DNA of 64,000 nucleotides from Syntrophomonadaceae bacterium (GTDB lineage: Bacteria; Bacillota; Dethiobacteria; DTU022), in contig SKMK01000020.1 in assembly GCA_007121075.1 (NCBI GenBank), forward strand, positions 59,647-123,646, read 5' to 3'. The position numbers and the translations under genes are program-made. Below the pieces are notes generated by a model. It worked only from the letters and a program-made list of their open reading frames with translations. It did no database searches and was not told where the DNA came from. This document shows positions 38,578 through 48,858 of the stretch, in pieces. Numbering within the stretch: position 1 is the first letter of the stretch; each line of letters opens with the position of its first letter.

Positions 38578-40413
38578 TCAATTTCCTCCTCCCCCGCCGC
38601 CCCGGTGGAAGCTTTTGTCGAGTTCGCTGCGTTCAAAACTAATTACCGTGGGACGGCCGTGGGGGCAGTAACCGGCCTGCGGAATTTTTTCCCACTGTTT
38701 GAGCAGCTGTTCCATTTCTTCTCTGCTCAGGGTCTGGCCGGCTTTAACAGATTTGTGACAGGCTATGGTTATCAAAATTGCATCCCGGGGATCTTGTTCC
38801 GGTCCGTTGTCGGCTGTAATCAAGTCTTCCAGCAGGTCATGTATATCGGCCTGGTTAACATTTTTCCGAAAAGCAAAAGGTACTGCCTTAACCTGGTATT
38901 TGTCTCCACCAACTGGTTCCAGTTTAAAGCCCGATTGCTCCAGCAGGGGCAGTAGAAGCGGAAGCCTTTCGCACCAGGCCGGGGGCAAATCGATAACCAG
39001 CGGAATGGTTAGCTGGGACTTGTTTGTGCCCGAAGAATGACACTCCTGGTTTTTTAGCTGATGATAGTTGATCCTCTCGTGAGCAGCGTGCTGATCTATA
39101 AGCAGGAGCCGATCGTCTTTCTGGGCCACCAGATAACTCTGCATGAACTGTCCGATTAAGCGAAGCTCACCGGCAGGGTCTGCAGCTTTATCCCCAGCTT
39201 GTCCGGGACCACCCGGAGGTATTTCCCGGGCTGGCCCCTTTTCAGACTGTTTATCCTGCCCCGGGGCAGAAGATCCGAAATCACTCTGCTTACCGCTGCC
39301 GGGCTGCCTGAAAAGGTGTTCGGTTTTCCATACAGCTTGACTGCTTGTTGGCCCTGGTGAAAATGTATCCTGGGGCCTGTAACCGGGAAAAGTTTTTTCA
39401 TCTGGCCAGCCGGGAGTTTTCCTGGTTCCCTGGAGGGCCATTTTAACCGCTTTAAAGCTCAAACCCTTTATAATTTCCGGCTTTTGAAAGCGAATTTCAA
39501 TTTTGGCCGGGTGGACATTGACATCGATGGCCTCGGGCGGAACGGTCAATTTTAAAATAGCCACCGGGTGGCGATGCCTGGGTAGAAGATCTTCATACCC
39601 CCGCTCCAGGGCATTCACGATCATCGGATCCCTGACCAGGCGGCCGTTGACTACCAGGGTTATCCAGCGCCTGGAAGACCTGGTTAAATGAGGAGCAGAT
39701 ATAAATCCGTTTATATTGCAACCGGTACTAATATCCTTCCGATCCAGCTCAATCATTGCCTCTGCGGTTTCACTGCCGTAGAGTGATCCGATTACGTGGA
39801 GCAGAATCCCGTCCCCGGAAGAGCTGAACAGGGTTTTTCTTCCGCTCTTCAGGTTAAAAGCCACTTGCGGATTGGTCAGGGCCATTTCAGAGACAAAAGT
39901 GCTGATCCTGGTTGCCTCCACGTTGTCAGCACGAAGAAACTTGAGGCGGCCTGGAGTGTTGAAAAAAAGATCACGGACCTCCACCCTGGTCCCGGGTGGA
40001 GCGCCCACCTCCTCTATTTCTTCCATTTCTCCACCATTTACCATTATATGGGTTCCAGGGAGGGATTTTTCAGTCCTGGAGGTTAATTTTACCCGGGAAA
40101 CCGCAGCAATACTGGGCAGTGCTTCGCCCCGGAAACCAAGGCTGGACAGGTTGCCCAGGTCCTTCAGGCTGGTTATTTTGCTGGTAGCAAAGCGTTTAAA
40201 AGCAACTGGCAGGTCGTCCCTTTCGATGCCGAAACCATTGTCGGTAACACTGATCAGGCCCTTGCCGCCGTTTTCAACATCTATATCTATCCTGGTGGCA
40301 CCTGCATCCAGGGCATTTTCAACCAGTTCTTTAACTACAGAAGCCGGGTTTTCAATTACCTCGCCGGCAGCTATTTGTTCGGCCGTATTTTTGTCGAGCA
40401 GCTTGATAACCAT
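38578..40413 (-). CDS. mutL: DNA mismatch repair protein MutL
   Basis: GHKL ATPase N-domain, a Pro-rich linker and a C-terminal dimerisation/endonuclease domain. It overlaps the mutS stop. Confidence 0.9.
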   Translation of the reverse strand: MVIKLLDKNTAEQIAAGEVIENPASVVKELVENALDAGATRIDIDVENGGKGLISVTDNGFGIERDDLPVAFKRFATSKITSLKDLGNLSSLGFRGEALPSIAAVSRVKLTSRTEKSLPGTHIMVNGGEMEEIEEVGAPPGTRVEVRDLFFNTPGRLKFLRADNVEATRISTFVSEMALTNPQVAFNLKSGRKTLFSSSGDGILLHVIGSLYGSETAEAMIELDRKDISTGCNINGFISAPHLTRSSRRWITLVVNGRLVRDPMIVNALERGYEDLLPRHRHPVAILKLTVPPEAIDVNVHPAKIEIRFQKPEIIKGLSFKAVKMALQGTRKTPGWPDEKTFPGYRPQDTFSPGPTSSQAVWKTEHLFRQPGSGKQSDFGSSAPGQDKQSEKGPAREIPPGGPGQAGDKAADPAGELRLIGQFMQSYLVAQKDDRLLLIDQHAAHERINYHQLKNQECHSSGTNKSQLTIPLVIDLPPAWCERLPLLLPLLEQSGFKLEPVGGDKYQVKAVPFAFRKNVNQADIHDLLEDLITADNGPEQDPRDAILITIACHKSVKAGQTLSREEMEQLLKQWEKIPQAGYCPHGRPTVISFERSELDKSFHRGGGGGGN

Positions 40414-43046
40414 TATTGATCAAGCTCCTTTTCTGAGTTATCCTGTTCGTAATCCAGGAGCTGTTTTTGCATCTCAAAAAGCTTTTGCAGCGCTTCCAGG
40501 GGCGAAATCCGGTTTAAATCAAGTTCTTTAACCTGCTCCACTACTTCCAGCTCCCGGTTGTAAGCGGACACCGGCTCTGAAACCATCGGCAACAGGCTAA
40601 GCTGCCGGTCTCCGGCTGTGGAAGCCGCATTTTCCAGTTCGTAAAGTATTTTCTCCGCCCTGATCAATACCTCCAGCGGCACTCCGGCAAGGCGGGCTAC
40701 ATTGATACCGTAGCTTTTATCTGCTTTTCCGGGCAAAAGGCGGCGCAGAAAGATTACCTCCTTGCCTTTTTCCTTGACGGCAATGGTATAGTTTTTAACT
40801 CCGGGCAACTCCCCTTCCAGATTGGTCAGTTCATGGTAGTGGGTGGAAAAGAGAGTTTTGGCCTTGATTTCCCCACTGATGTACTCCAGGACACTGCGCG
40901 CTATGCTCATTCCGTCGTAAGTGCTGGTTCCCCTGCCGATTTCATCAAGGATGATCAGGCTGTCCGGAGTTGCTTCTTTCAGGATGGCTGCCGTTTCCTG
41001 CATTTCGACCATGAAAGTGCTCTGGCCGCGGCTAAGGTCGTCACTGGCCCCTACCCGGGCAAAAATGCGGTCCGAAACCGCCAGTTCGGCTTCATCTGCA
41101 GGCACAAAACTACCTATCTGGGCCATGATCGACACCAGGCCGGCGCTGCGTATATAGGTGCTTTTACCGGCCATGTTCGGGCCTGTAATTACCAGCAGGT
41201 AGTGCTTTCTGTCCAGGTGGATATCATTGGGCACAAATCGTTCAAAAACCGTTTGCTCCACCACCGGGTGGCGGGCTTGCCGGATATTCGTCTTTTTACC
41301 GTTTGAAAATACAGGCCTGCAATAACTGTGCCTTTCGGCTGCTTCAGCTAAACCCTGGAGGCAATCCAGCCTGGCCAGGTTGTGAGAAGCGGAAAGCAGT
41401 TGATCGGTATAAGTACCTATTTTCCCCCGCAATTCTTCGAACAGAGTGTATTCAAGGTGGGCCAGCTTGTCACGGGCCCCGGTTATTTGTTCTTCCATCC
41501 GCTGCAGCTCTTCGGTCGTAAACCGTTCTGCGTTAACCAGGGTCTGCTTGCGGTGGTATTCGGGAGGAACCAGGTTAAGGTTGGTTTTGGTAACTTCGAT
41601 ATAATAGCCAAAATTGCGATTATACCCTATTCGCAGGGACTTTATACCTGTGCGCTCTCGTTCTTTCTTTTCAAAGTCAAGGAGCAGGGTATTACTTTCT
41701 TCAGAAAATGATTTCAAACGGTCCACTTCTTCGTTATATCCGCTTTTAAACAGGCCCCCTTCTTTCAGGGAGAGAGGCGGGTCTTCTACCAGGGCCCTGT
41801 CGATTAAGGCCCCCGGTTCGCTGAAATCCGGGATACCGGTGGTAATTTCTTTTAGCAGTGGAACTTCCAGCTCAGTGCATTTCCTTTTCAATGTTTCAAT
41901 CTGGGCCAGGGTTTTCTTAAGTGAAACCAGATCCCGGGCATTTATACGCTGGTAGGAAAGCCGGCTGCAAAATCGCTCCAGGTCAAATACATCCTGCAGT
42001 AATTTGCGCAGATCTTTTCTCTGCAGCGGTTTTTGGATCAATTCTTCGACGGCATCAAGCCTTTTATTAATCATTTTCTTTTGAATCAGGGGAAGTTCGA
42101 TCCATCGCCTTAAGAGGCGCCTGCCCATGGCTGTCATACAGCGGTCAAGGAGGCCCAGCAGGCTGCCCTGCCTGCCGCCTTCGCGCAAAGATTGGGTTAG
42201 CTCCAGGTTGCGGCTGGTAACGTTATCGATAATCATATTGCGATTGGTAAAGTAAAGGTTAAGGCGCCGGAAATGCTTTTCACCGACGGGCAGTTGCTGC
42301 AATATCTGCAAGTAAGCCAGTGCTGCCGCCCCGGCTGATGCTGCAAGCGGGTACTGGCCAAGATCCAGATCCTGCCAGGTATAATCTTCCCATTGTTCCC
42401 GGATCAGCTTTTTGGCTTCTTCAAGGTCGGGAATATATGAAAGCTGTTCAATAAGGCTGCTGTTTTTGAGGGCAAACAGCCTGCGGCAGAGCTGTTCAGT
42501 TTCCTGGGACCCGCAGAGCAGTTCGGAAGGTTGCAGCCGGTACAGTTCGTCGGAAATATTATCCCAGGCCCCTTCTCCTTTCTGCTCGGTGACCTGAAAA
42601 TCACCGGTGGATATGTCCACCGCGGCCAGGCCGTAATAGTCTCCGCCGCGGTCAATCACGGTGACCAGGTAGTTATTGCGGCTTTCTTCAAGCATCTCCG
42701 GGTCCGTGATAGTGCCGGGCGTGAGGATGCGGGTTATCTCCCGCTTCACAAGACCCCTGGCCTGGCCTGCGTCTTCAACCTGTTCGCACAGAACTACTTT
42801 ATAGCCTTTGCTGAGCAGCCGGTTCAGGTAGGTTTCGGCGGAATGGATGGGCACACCGGCCAGGGGAATTGGATCTTCACTGCCTGCATCCCTGGAAGTG
42901 AGGGCAATTTCCATCTCCCTGGCTGCCACCTGGGCGTCTTCAAAAAACAGCTCATAAAAATCGCCTACCTGGAACATTAGCAGTTTGTCCGGGTGCTGCT
43001 CTTTGACGGCCTTATATTGTTCCATCATCGGACTGGTGCGGTTCAA
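40413..43046 (-). CDS. mutS: DNA mismatch repair protein MutS
   Basis: 877 aa with mismatch-binding, connector, clamp and ABC ATPase domains (GPNMAGKST). Confidence 0.95.
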   Translation of the reverse strand: MNRTSPMMEQYKAVKEQHPDKLLMFQVGDFYELFFEDAQVAAREMEIALTSRDAGSEDPIPLAGVPIHSAETYLNRLLSKGYKVVLCEQVEDAGQARGLVKREITRILTPGTITDPEMLEESRNNYLVTVIDRGGDYYGLAAVDISTGDFQVTEQKGEGAWDNISDELYRLQPSELLCGSQETEQLCRRLFALKNSSLIEQLSYIPDLEEAKKLIREQWEDYTWQDLDLGQYPLAASAGAAALAYLQILQQLPVGEKHFRRLNLYFTNRNMIIDNVTSRNLELTQSLREGGRQGSLLGLLDRCMTAMGRRLLRRWIELPLIQKKMINKRLDAVEELIQKPLQRKDLRKLLQDVFDLERFCSRLSYQRINARDLVSLKKTLAQIETLKRKCTELEVPLLKEITTGIPDFSEPGALIDRALVEDPPLSLKEGGLFKSGYNEEVDRLKSFSEESNTLLLDFEKKERERTGIKSLRIGYNRNFGYYIEVTKTNLNLVPPEYHRKQTLVNAERFTTEELQRMEEQITGARDKLAHLEYTLFEELRGKIGTYTDQLLSASHNLARLDCLQGLAEAAERHSYCRPVFSNGKKTNIRQARHPVVEQTVFERFVPNDIHLDRKHYLLVITGPNMAGKSTYIRSAGLVSIMAQIGSFVPADEAELAVSDRIFARVGASDDLSRGQSTFMVEMQETAAILKEATPDSLIILDEIGRGTSTYDGMSIARSVLEYISGEIKAKTLFSTHYHELTNLEGELPGVKNYTIAVKEKGKEVIFLRRLLPGKADKSYGINVARLAGVPLEVLIRAEKILYELENAASTAGDRQLSLLPMVSEPVSAYNRELEVVEQVKELDLNRISPLEALQKLFEMQKQLLDYEQDNSEKELDQ

Positions 43047-44503
43047 TAGGGCTCTCCTTCCGTTTCTCCAAACAGGTTCCAGGTTCGTGCTTCGGTAATC
43101 CGGAGCTGGATCAGTTTTCCGGTTAAATGTTCCGGTCCCGGGAAGTGGACCAGTTTGTTGGTCCGGGTGCGGCCGGTTTGCAGTTCCGGGTTGCTTTTGC
43201 TCGGCCCTTCAACCAGCACTTCCCGGAAGGAGCCGACCAGGTGCTCGTTTTCTTCCATGCTGATCCGCTGCTGGACTTTATTTAAAACCTGCAGCCTTTT
43301 TTCCTTTTCCTCGTAGGTGGTTTCATCGTCAAGCTGCGCGGCTTTTGTACCCCGTCGGGGCGAATAGATAAAAGCAAAAGCGCTGTCAAACCGGACCTGT
43401 TCCAGCAGATCCAGGGTATCGGCGAAGTCTTCTTCCTTTTCCCCAGGGAAGCCGACGATAATATCGGAGGTGATAGATACACCCGGGATGGCTTCTTTAA
43501 TGTTTTTTGCTAATTCCAGGTATTGCTCACGGGTATAGCGCCGGTTCATTTTCTTTAGAATCCGGTTGCTTCCGGACTGGGCTGGCAGATGGAAATGTTC
43601 GCATATTTTTTTACCCCGGACCACGGTATCAATAAGCTCCGGCGATAAATCCTTAGGATGAGAGGTCATGAACCGGATCCGGGACAGGGCTTCAATTTGG
43701 TCCAGCTCTGCCAGCAGGGAAGCAAACGATGGTTTTTCAGGAAGATCATGACCGTAAGAATTTACATTCTGACCTAGCAGGGTTATTTCGCGGTACCCTT
43801 TTTCCGCCAGTACCTTAGCTTCGGAAATTATGTCTTCAAAATGGCGGCTGCGTTCGCGGCCGCGCACAAAGGGTACCACACAGTAGGCGCAAAAGTTGTT
43901 GCAACCGTATATAACAGGGAGCCAGGCGTGGAAAGCGTTGGCCCGGGTGGCCGGCAGGCCTTCCCGCCCTGAGTAGTCTTCCTCGATATCGACTACGGTT
44001 GCTTTTTCCCGGCGAGCCCGGTCAAGTAAATCAGGCAGGCGAGGCAAAGCGTGAGTACCAAAAACAAGATCCACTTGCCTGAAACGGGTTTTAATATAAC
44101 TGGCCAGATCTTTCTGCTGGGTCATGCAGCCCCCCACGGCAATTATCAAATCGTCCCGGTTTTCTTTCTGGGCGTACAATTTTCCCAGCATCGAAGCAAC
44201 CTTGTCTTCAGGTTTTTTGCGCACGGCGCAGGTATTTATTATCACCAGGTCTGCCTCTTCCGGTGTTGCGGCAGGGCGGTAGCCAAGGTTTTCCACCAGG
44301 GCAGCCATGATTTCAGAATCATGTTCATTCATCTGGCAGCCAAAAGTATTGATCCAGTAATGCCTTCCTTCGCCAAAGCGAGGGGGCAGGTTTAAAGTTT
44401 CAGCTTGCCGGTACTGCAATTGTTTATCACTCCCTTTATTCCTCATTATATCAAAAAAACACCTGTTTACAGAGGTGTAATTAAAGTTCAAACCGAAAAA
44501 CAA
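43043..44503 (-). CDS. miaB: tRNA-2-methylthio-N6-dimethylallyladenosine synthase (MiaB)
   Basis: MTTase N-domain (INTFGCQMNEHDSE), radical SAM CAYCVVP and a TRAM domain. Conserved miaB-mutS-mutL arrangement. Confidence 0.85.
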   Translation of the reverse strand: MFFGLNFNYTSVNRCFFDIMRNKGSDKQLQYRQAETLNLPPRFGEGRHYWINTFGCQMNEHDSEIMAALVENLGYRPAATPEEADLVIINTCAVRKKPEDKVASMLGKLYAQKENRDDLIIAVGGCMTQQKDLASYIKTRFRQVDLVFGTHALPRLPDLLDRARREKATVVDIEEDYSGREGLPATRANAFHAWLPVIYGCNNFCAYCVVPFVRGRERSRHFEDIISEAKVLAEKGYREITLLGQNVNSYGHDLPEKPSFASLLAELDQIEALSRIRFMTSHPKDLSPELIDTVVRGKKICEHFHLPAQSGSNRILKKMNRRYTREQYLELAKNIKEAIPGVSITSDIIVGFPGEKEEDFADTLDLLEQVRFDSAFAFIYSPRRGTKAAQLDDETTYEEKEKRLQVLNKVQQRISMEENEHLVGSFREVLVEGPSKSNPELQTGRTRTNKLVHFPGPEHLTGKLIQLRITEARTWNLFGETEGEPY

Positions 44504-44525
44504 CTGGCCCAGGGTTCCGGCCGAG

Positions 44526-45317
44526 TTACAGGTTGTTCAGCCAGTCAGAAAAAATTTTCCAGACCTGTTCAACGTGTCTTGAAAACCGGTGGTCGGCTCC
44601 ATCTATAATAACCAGCTTTTTGGGCTCCCCGGCCCTCTTATAAAGGAGTTCAGCATCTTCGACGGGTACTGATTGATCATTTGAACCGTGGATGATAAGC
44701 AGGCTTCTAGAAGTGAGCGCTGCTGCAGATTCGGCCGGATCGTAGGTGCCTAAATCAAAAAAGAAGCGGCGTTTTAGGGAAAAAGCCCCTTCTTCTCCTT
44801 CCAGTGTTACCAGTTCATCCGGGTTGCCCTGGAGTGGTTCTGTGCAGGCAGCTCTTTTTTCAAACAAACTGCCGGGCCTGGCCACGGCGGCCCAGGTACA
44901 CACGGCGTCTACTTTTTTATCCCCGTGAGCATAGCATAGAGTTGTAGTCCCCCCAAAACTTCTACCGTTTAAAACGATTTTATCGAAACCTTCCCGGCGG
45001 CACCAGCTGACGACAGCCTCGAGATCGGAAATCTGGCCCGACAGGGTTATATTTTCCCATTGCCCCTCGCTTTGTCCGCAGCCAGCAAAGTCAAATAACA
45101 GGGTACTGAATCCGGAAAGGGCCAGTTTTTCCGCCATTGCCACCGCTCTCCCACTGCCTTCTTTTGAACCGGTAAAACCGTGACAGACTATGATTACTGG
45201 TTTTTCAACGCTTCTACTTTTAAAAGAGCTTTCATCTTTCCCATGACAAAGCAAAGCGGCCAGGGATAACCCTTGCCTGTTCTTGATTTTAAATTTATGC
45301 CAGGCTGGTTTATGCAA
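44526..45317 (-). CDS. alpha/beta-fold hydrolase
   Basis: HGFTGSKEG and a GRSFGG nucleophile elbow. 263 aa. Confidence 0.65.
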   Translation of the reverse strand: MHKPAWHKFKIKNRQGLSLAALLCHGKDESSFKSRSVEKPVIIVCHGFTGSKEGSGRAVAMAEKLALSGFSTLLFDFAGCGQSEGQWENITLSGQISDLEAVVSWCRREGFDKIVLNGRSFGGTTTLCYAHGDKKVDAVCTWAAVARPGSLFEKRAACTEPLQGNPDELVTLEGEEGAFSLKRRFFFDLGTYDPAESAAALTSRSLLIIHGSNDQSVPVEDAELLYKRAGEPKKLVIIDGADHRFSRHVEQVWKIFSDWLNNL

Positions 45318-45395
45318 AAGCGCCCTCCTTCTTTTTTTAGAGCATGACCCTGCTCCGCCCTCTTTTTTTTGGCTTCATAAAGAGCATTGATACTT

Positions 45396-45644
45396 TTATC
45401 TGCTGCTTTTCCCCTTTTCTTTCTGTTCTTCTTTTTCTTCCGGTTTGTCTTTCCAGACCTGGATGGCAAAATCGGGGCACAGGTATTCGCACAGCTTGCA
45501 GCCGGTGCAGGCTTCTGGATCAATCATTTCCGGGGCCCCGTCTTTCCCAGGCTTCAGGTTGTTTTTGGGACAAAATTCAAAGCATATACCACAATCTTTG
45601 CATCGTTCACTATAAACTTTTAAGTTGAATTTTGCTTTGCTCAT
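45396..45644 (-). CDS. 2x[4Fe-4S] ferredoxin
   Basis: Two CxxCxxCxxxCP motifs (CKDCGICFEFCP; CTGCKLCEYLCP) and a K/E-rich tail. Confidence 0.8.
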   Translation of the reverse strand: MSKAKFNLKVYSERCKDCGICFEFCPKNNLKPGKDGAPEMIDPEACTGCKLCEYLCPDFAIQVWKDKPEEKEEQKEKGKSSR

Positions 45645-45723
45645 TATTAGTACCCCTTGTAAATAATATACCTTGCGTGCTATGTGATCAAATCAGCAGC
45701 AGTTAAAAGCTACTCCTGGTAAT

Positions 45724-46455
45724 TTACTTAATTGATCTCTTTAATCTGCCCCAATAAGCCCTTAAATAGTCAGTAATCAATGAAAAATTCATTTTCCAGC
45801 CCCGGCGGCGGTAATAGTAAATGAATATTAACAGCAGGGCAGTCGGGATTAAAAGCAGCCAGGGCGAAAAATCAAACATGGTCTTAAGGGTTCTGAGCAT
45901 AATGCTCATGGTTCCGGTTAAGACTAGACTGGCCCCGATGGTCATCAGGCTGAACAACGCCCCGCCGAGAAATGTATAAACGATAAACAGCAAGAAGTTC
46001 ATGTGCATGGCTCCGGCGGGAAAAGAAATAAATGTGCGGCTGAACCCCCACAACTGGCCCATGAAGATCGAAAAATTGCCGTATCTTTCCAAAAAGCATA
46101 AAATACTTGAGCGGTACCTGCCAGCTCCGGCGCCTGGAATACGGCGGTTGAAGAAGTTATGGTCGTGATTAAACTTGCCCTTCACGGCGTTACCGACCAT
46201 GCTGCCAAGTAGTCCGACAGTATAGCTGAAAATACTGCCCAGGGTGATGCCAAACGTGGAGAAAATAAAAATTGACCAGAAAGAATATGAACCGTGTAAA
46301 ATCATGGTCCCCGCGGTTAAAAATACGATCGACGAAGCAAAGGGCACGCCTGCGCTCTCGGCAAACATAGCCACCCCGATACCCAGGGAACCATACCTGT
46401 AAATCAAGGATTCTATAACTTTATATAAAGGTTCTAAGAACTCTATAGTTTCCAT
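45724..46455 (-). CDS. DedA / SNARE-associated (TVP38) family membrane protein
   Basis: Polytopic membrane protein with the DedA-type motif LGIGVAMFAESAGVPFASS. Confidence 0.6.
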   Translation of the reverse strand: METIEFLEPLYKVIESLIYRYGSLGIGVAMFAESAGVPFASSIVFLTAGTMILHGSYSFWSIFIFSTFGITLGSIFSYTVGLLGSMVGNAVKGKFNHDHNFFNRRIPGAGAGRYRSSILCFLERYGNFSIFMGQLWGFSRTFISFPAGAMHMNFLLFIVYTFLGGALFSLMTIGASLVLTGTMSIMLRTLKTMFDFSPWLLLIPTALLLIFIYYYRRRGWKMNFSLITDYLRAYWGRLKRSIK

Positions 46456-46459
46456 TTTT

Positions 46460-47413
46460 TCATTCCGCCCGGCCGGTTATTAGGCTGTAGATCCCCCATA
46501 TACCTGCTTCCGGTTCAAGGGCAGCCGCCTTTATTTCCAAGGCGGTTGTTTCCACAGCCGGCTTGATCGCCTGTTCTCTAATATTCTCAACCACCCTGTT
46601 CATAAAGTCCTCCCTGTTAGCTGCCACCCCTCCGCCGATAACCAGGCAGGAAGGATTAAGCAAAGTAACCAGGTTGGATAACTCCAGTCCGATGCTGGCA
46701 GCGGCGTGATCAACGATCTTTTGAGCAAGGGTGTTTCCCTGGTCGGCCTGCTCAAAAACCCATGCCGTGGATATGTGGCCGTCGTTTAATTCTTTTTCGT
46801 CCCATATCTCGCGGGCGCTGGCAGCCAGGGCGCTGCCGGAGGCCCAGGTTTCAAGACAGTCGGTTCCGCCACACTTGCAGGGCCGGCCCTTTCCAAACGC
46901 CTTGGTATGGCCGATTTCTCCGGCAAAACCATCGGTGCCGCGGAACAAGCGCCCGTTCAGGTACAGCCCCCCACCGATGCCGGTACTCAAAGTTACATAA
47001 ACGGCATTAGCATGACCCCGGGCGGCACCGTAATGGACTTCTCCCACTACTGCCGCATTGGTGTCATTTTCGATCAATACAGGACAGTCAAGCTTTTCTT
47101 TCAACATACTGCCGAGGTGGACCGGTTGATGCCATTCCAGATTTGGGGACTGGTATACCAGCCCTGAAAGGGAATCTACAAAGCCGGCTGTGCAGATTCC
47201 CAGTACGGCAGGACTGCCGCCGGTAGCGCCCGCTTTAACAGTCTTTGAATATTCTGTTATGGTTTGGACGATCACCTCGACCACTTTTTCCGGTTCAGAA
47301 GGCCGGGGAGTCTTTATTTTTTTCCTGAACATGACCCGGCCGCTGATGTCGACCATAAGCAGTAATATTTTTGTTCCGCCGATGTCAACTGCCCAGTATA
47401 ATTCCTTGCCCAT
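46460..47413 (-). CDS. glcK: ROK-family glucokinase
   Basis: N-terminal DIGGTK ATP motif and ROK Cys/His signature (CKCGGTDCLETWASG). Confidence 0.8.
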   Translation of the reverse strand: MGKELYWAVDIGGTKILLLMVDISGRVMFRKKIKTPRPSEPEKVVEVIVQTITEYSKTVKAGATGGSPAVLGICTAGFVDSLSGLVYQSPNLEWHQPVHLGSMLKEKLDCPVLIENDTNAAVVGEVHYGAARGHANAVYVTLSTGIGGGLYLNGRLFRGTDGFAGEIGHTKAFGKGRPCKCGGTDCLETWASGSALAASAREIWDEKELNDGHISTAWVFEQADQGNTLAQKIVDHAAASIGLELSNLVTLLNPSCLVIGGGVAANREDFMNRVVENIREQAIKPAVETTALEIKAAALEPEAGIWGIYSLITGRAE

Positions 47414-47565
47414 ATTCTTCTCCGATGATCTTATCGTTTTATGAGGTGCGGTTTACAGTCTGCTTCTACAACCTCTGTATATTATAATACACACCGCTGT
47501 TTTTTTCAGCCCCGTCGCAATCACTACTGTAACCTTAGGCATAATAGTTGGCCGGATGATCCGGA

Positions 47566-48819
47566 TTATTCCCTCACCTGGCCGGATCCGTATATTATAT
47601 ATTTTAATGTGGTCAGGGCCTCCAGGCCCATCGGCCCCCGGGCGTGCAATTTCTGAGTGCTGATTCCCATTTCTGCACCAAGGCCGAACGCGGAACCGTC
47701 TGTAAAGCGGGTTGAAGCATTTACATAAACGGCGGCCGCATCAACTCTGGCCATGAATGTCCTCGAATGATCGTAACTGTCGGTTATGATCGCTTCTGAA
47801 TGGCCTGTGCCGTATTGGTTGATGTGATCAATGGCCCGGTCTAAATTTTCAACTACCCGGACAGCCAAAACCAGGTCAAGGTACTCCGTTTCCCAATCCT
47901 GCCCGGTGGCCGGTTTAATATCCGGCAGGTAAGTTTGCGTTTCCGGGCAGCCCCTTATTTCTACACCCAGTTTGGTTAAAGCGGGCAGCATTTTAGGCAG
48001 AAACCGGGGAGCTATATCTTTATGAACCAGTAATGTTTCCAGGGCATTGCAAACCCCGGGCCGCTGAACCTTGGCATTGACGGTAATAGCTACAGCCTTA
48101 TCCAGGTCGGCGTTATAATCTACAAAAGTATGGCAGTTGCCCGTTCCGGTCTGGATGATCGGAACGGTGGAATTTTCCACCACTGCATTGATCAGGGACT
48201 GTCCTCCACGCGGTATCAGCAAATCCAGGTACCGGTCGGCCTGCATTAAATCAAAAGCGGCACTGCGATCGGTATCTTCGATCAGGGCTATAGCGTCACC
48301 CGGAAGCTCTATAGCTGAAAGGCTCTGCCTGATTACTTTAATCAAAGCCCGGTTGGAATTTAGGGCTTCGGAGCTGCCGCGCAAAATAACGGCGTTTCCC
48401 GCTTTTAAAGCCAATCCCCCGGCATCAACAGTTACATTGGGCCGGGCTTCATAGATGATGGCAATTACTCCAATCGGGACCCGGACCTGGCCAATTTCCA
48501 GGCCATTGGGCCGTTTCCACATCTTTATAACTTCACCTACCGGATCGTCAAGATCTGCAATCCCCCGCAGGCCTTCGGCCGTTTCGGCGATCCGGCTTTC
48601 ATTCAGCATTAGGCGATCGTGAAAAGCATCGGTATAATGATCTTCGCTTTCCAGGCGTTCGAGGTCCTTTTTATTGGCTTCAATTATTTCTTTTTTGCTT
48701 TTTTCAAGGGAAACAGCAATTTTTTCCAGGGCTTTGTTTTTAATCGTGGTCGAAGTATTGGCCAATATTTTTGAGGCCTTACGGGCTTGCCTGCATTTTT
48801 CGAGAACCTCGGGATGCAT
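47566..48819 (-). CDS. proA: glutamate-5-semialdehyde dehydrogenase
   Basis: 417 aa aldehyde dehydrogenase-fold ProA with the catalytic Cys region. proBA arrangement. Confidence 0.9.
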   Translation of the reverse strand: MHPEVLEKCRQARKASKILANTSTTIKNKALEKIAVSLEKSKKEIIEANKKDLERLESEDHYTDAFHDRLMLNESRIAETAEGLRGIADLDDPVGEVIKMWKRPNGLEIGQVRVPIGVIAIIYEARPNVTVDAGGLALKAGNAVILRGSSEALNSNRALIKVIRQSLSAIELPGDAIALIEDTDRSAAFDLMQADRYLDLLIPRGGQSLINAVVENSTVPIIQTGTGNCHTFVDYNADLDKAVAITVNAKVQRPGVCNALETLLVHKDIAPRFLPKMLPALTKLGVEIRGCPETQTYLPDIKPATGQDWETEYLDLVLAVRVVENLDRAIDHINQYGTGHSEAIITDSYDHSRTFMARVDAAAVYVNASTRFTDGSAFGLGAEMGISTQKLHARGPMGLEALTTLKYIIYGSGQVRE

Positions 48820-48858
48820 AATTTTATCAACTCCTGTATCCTTTGATATTAACCTGAG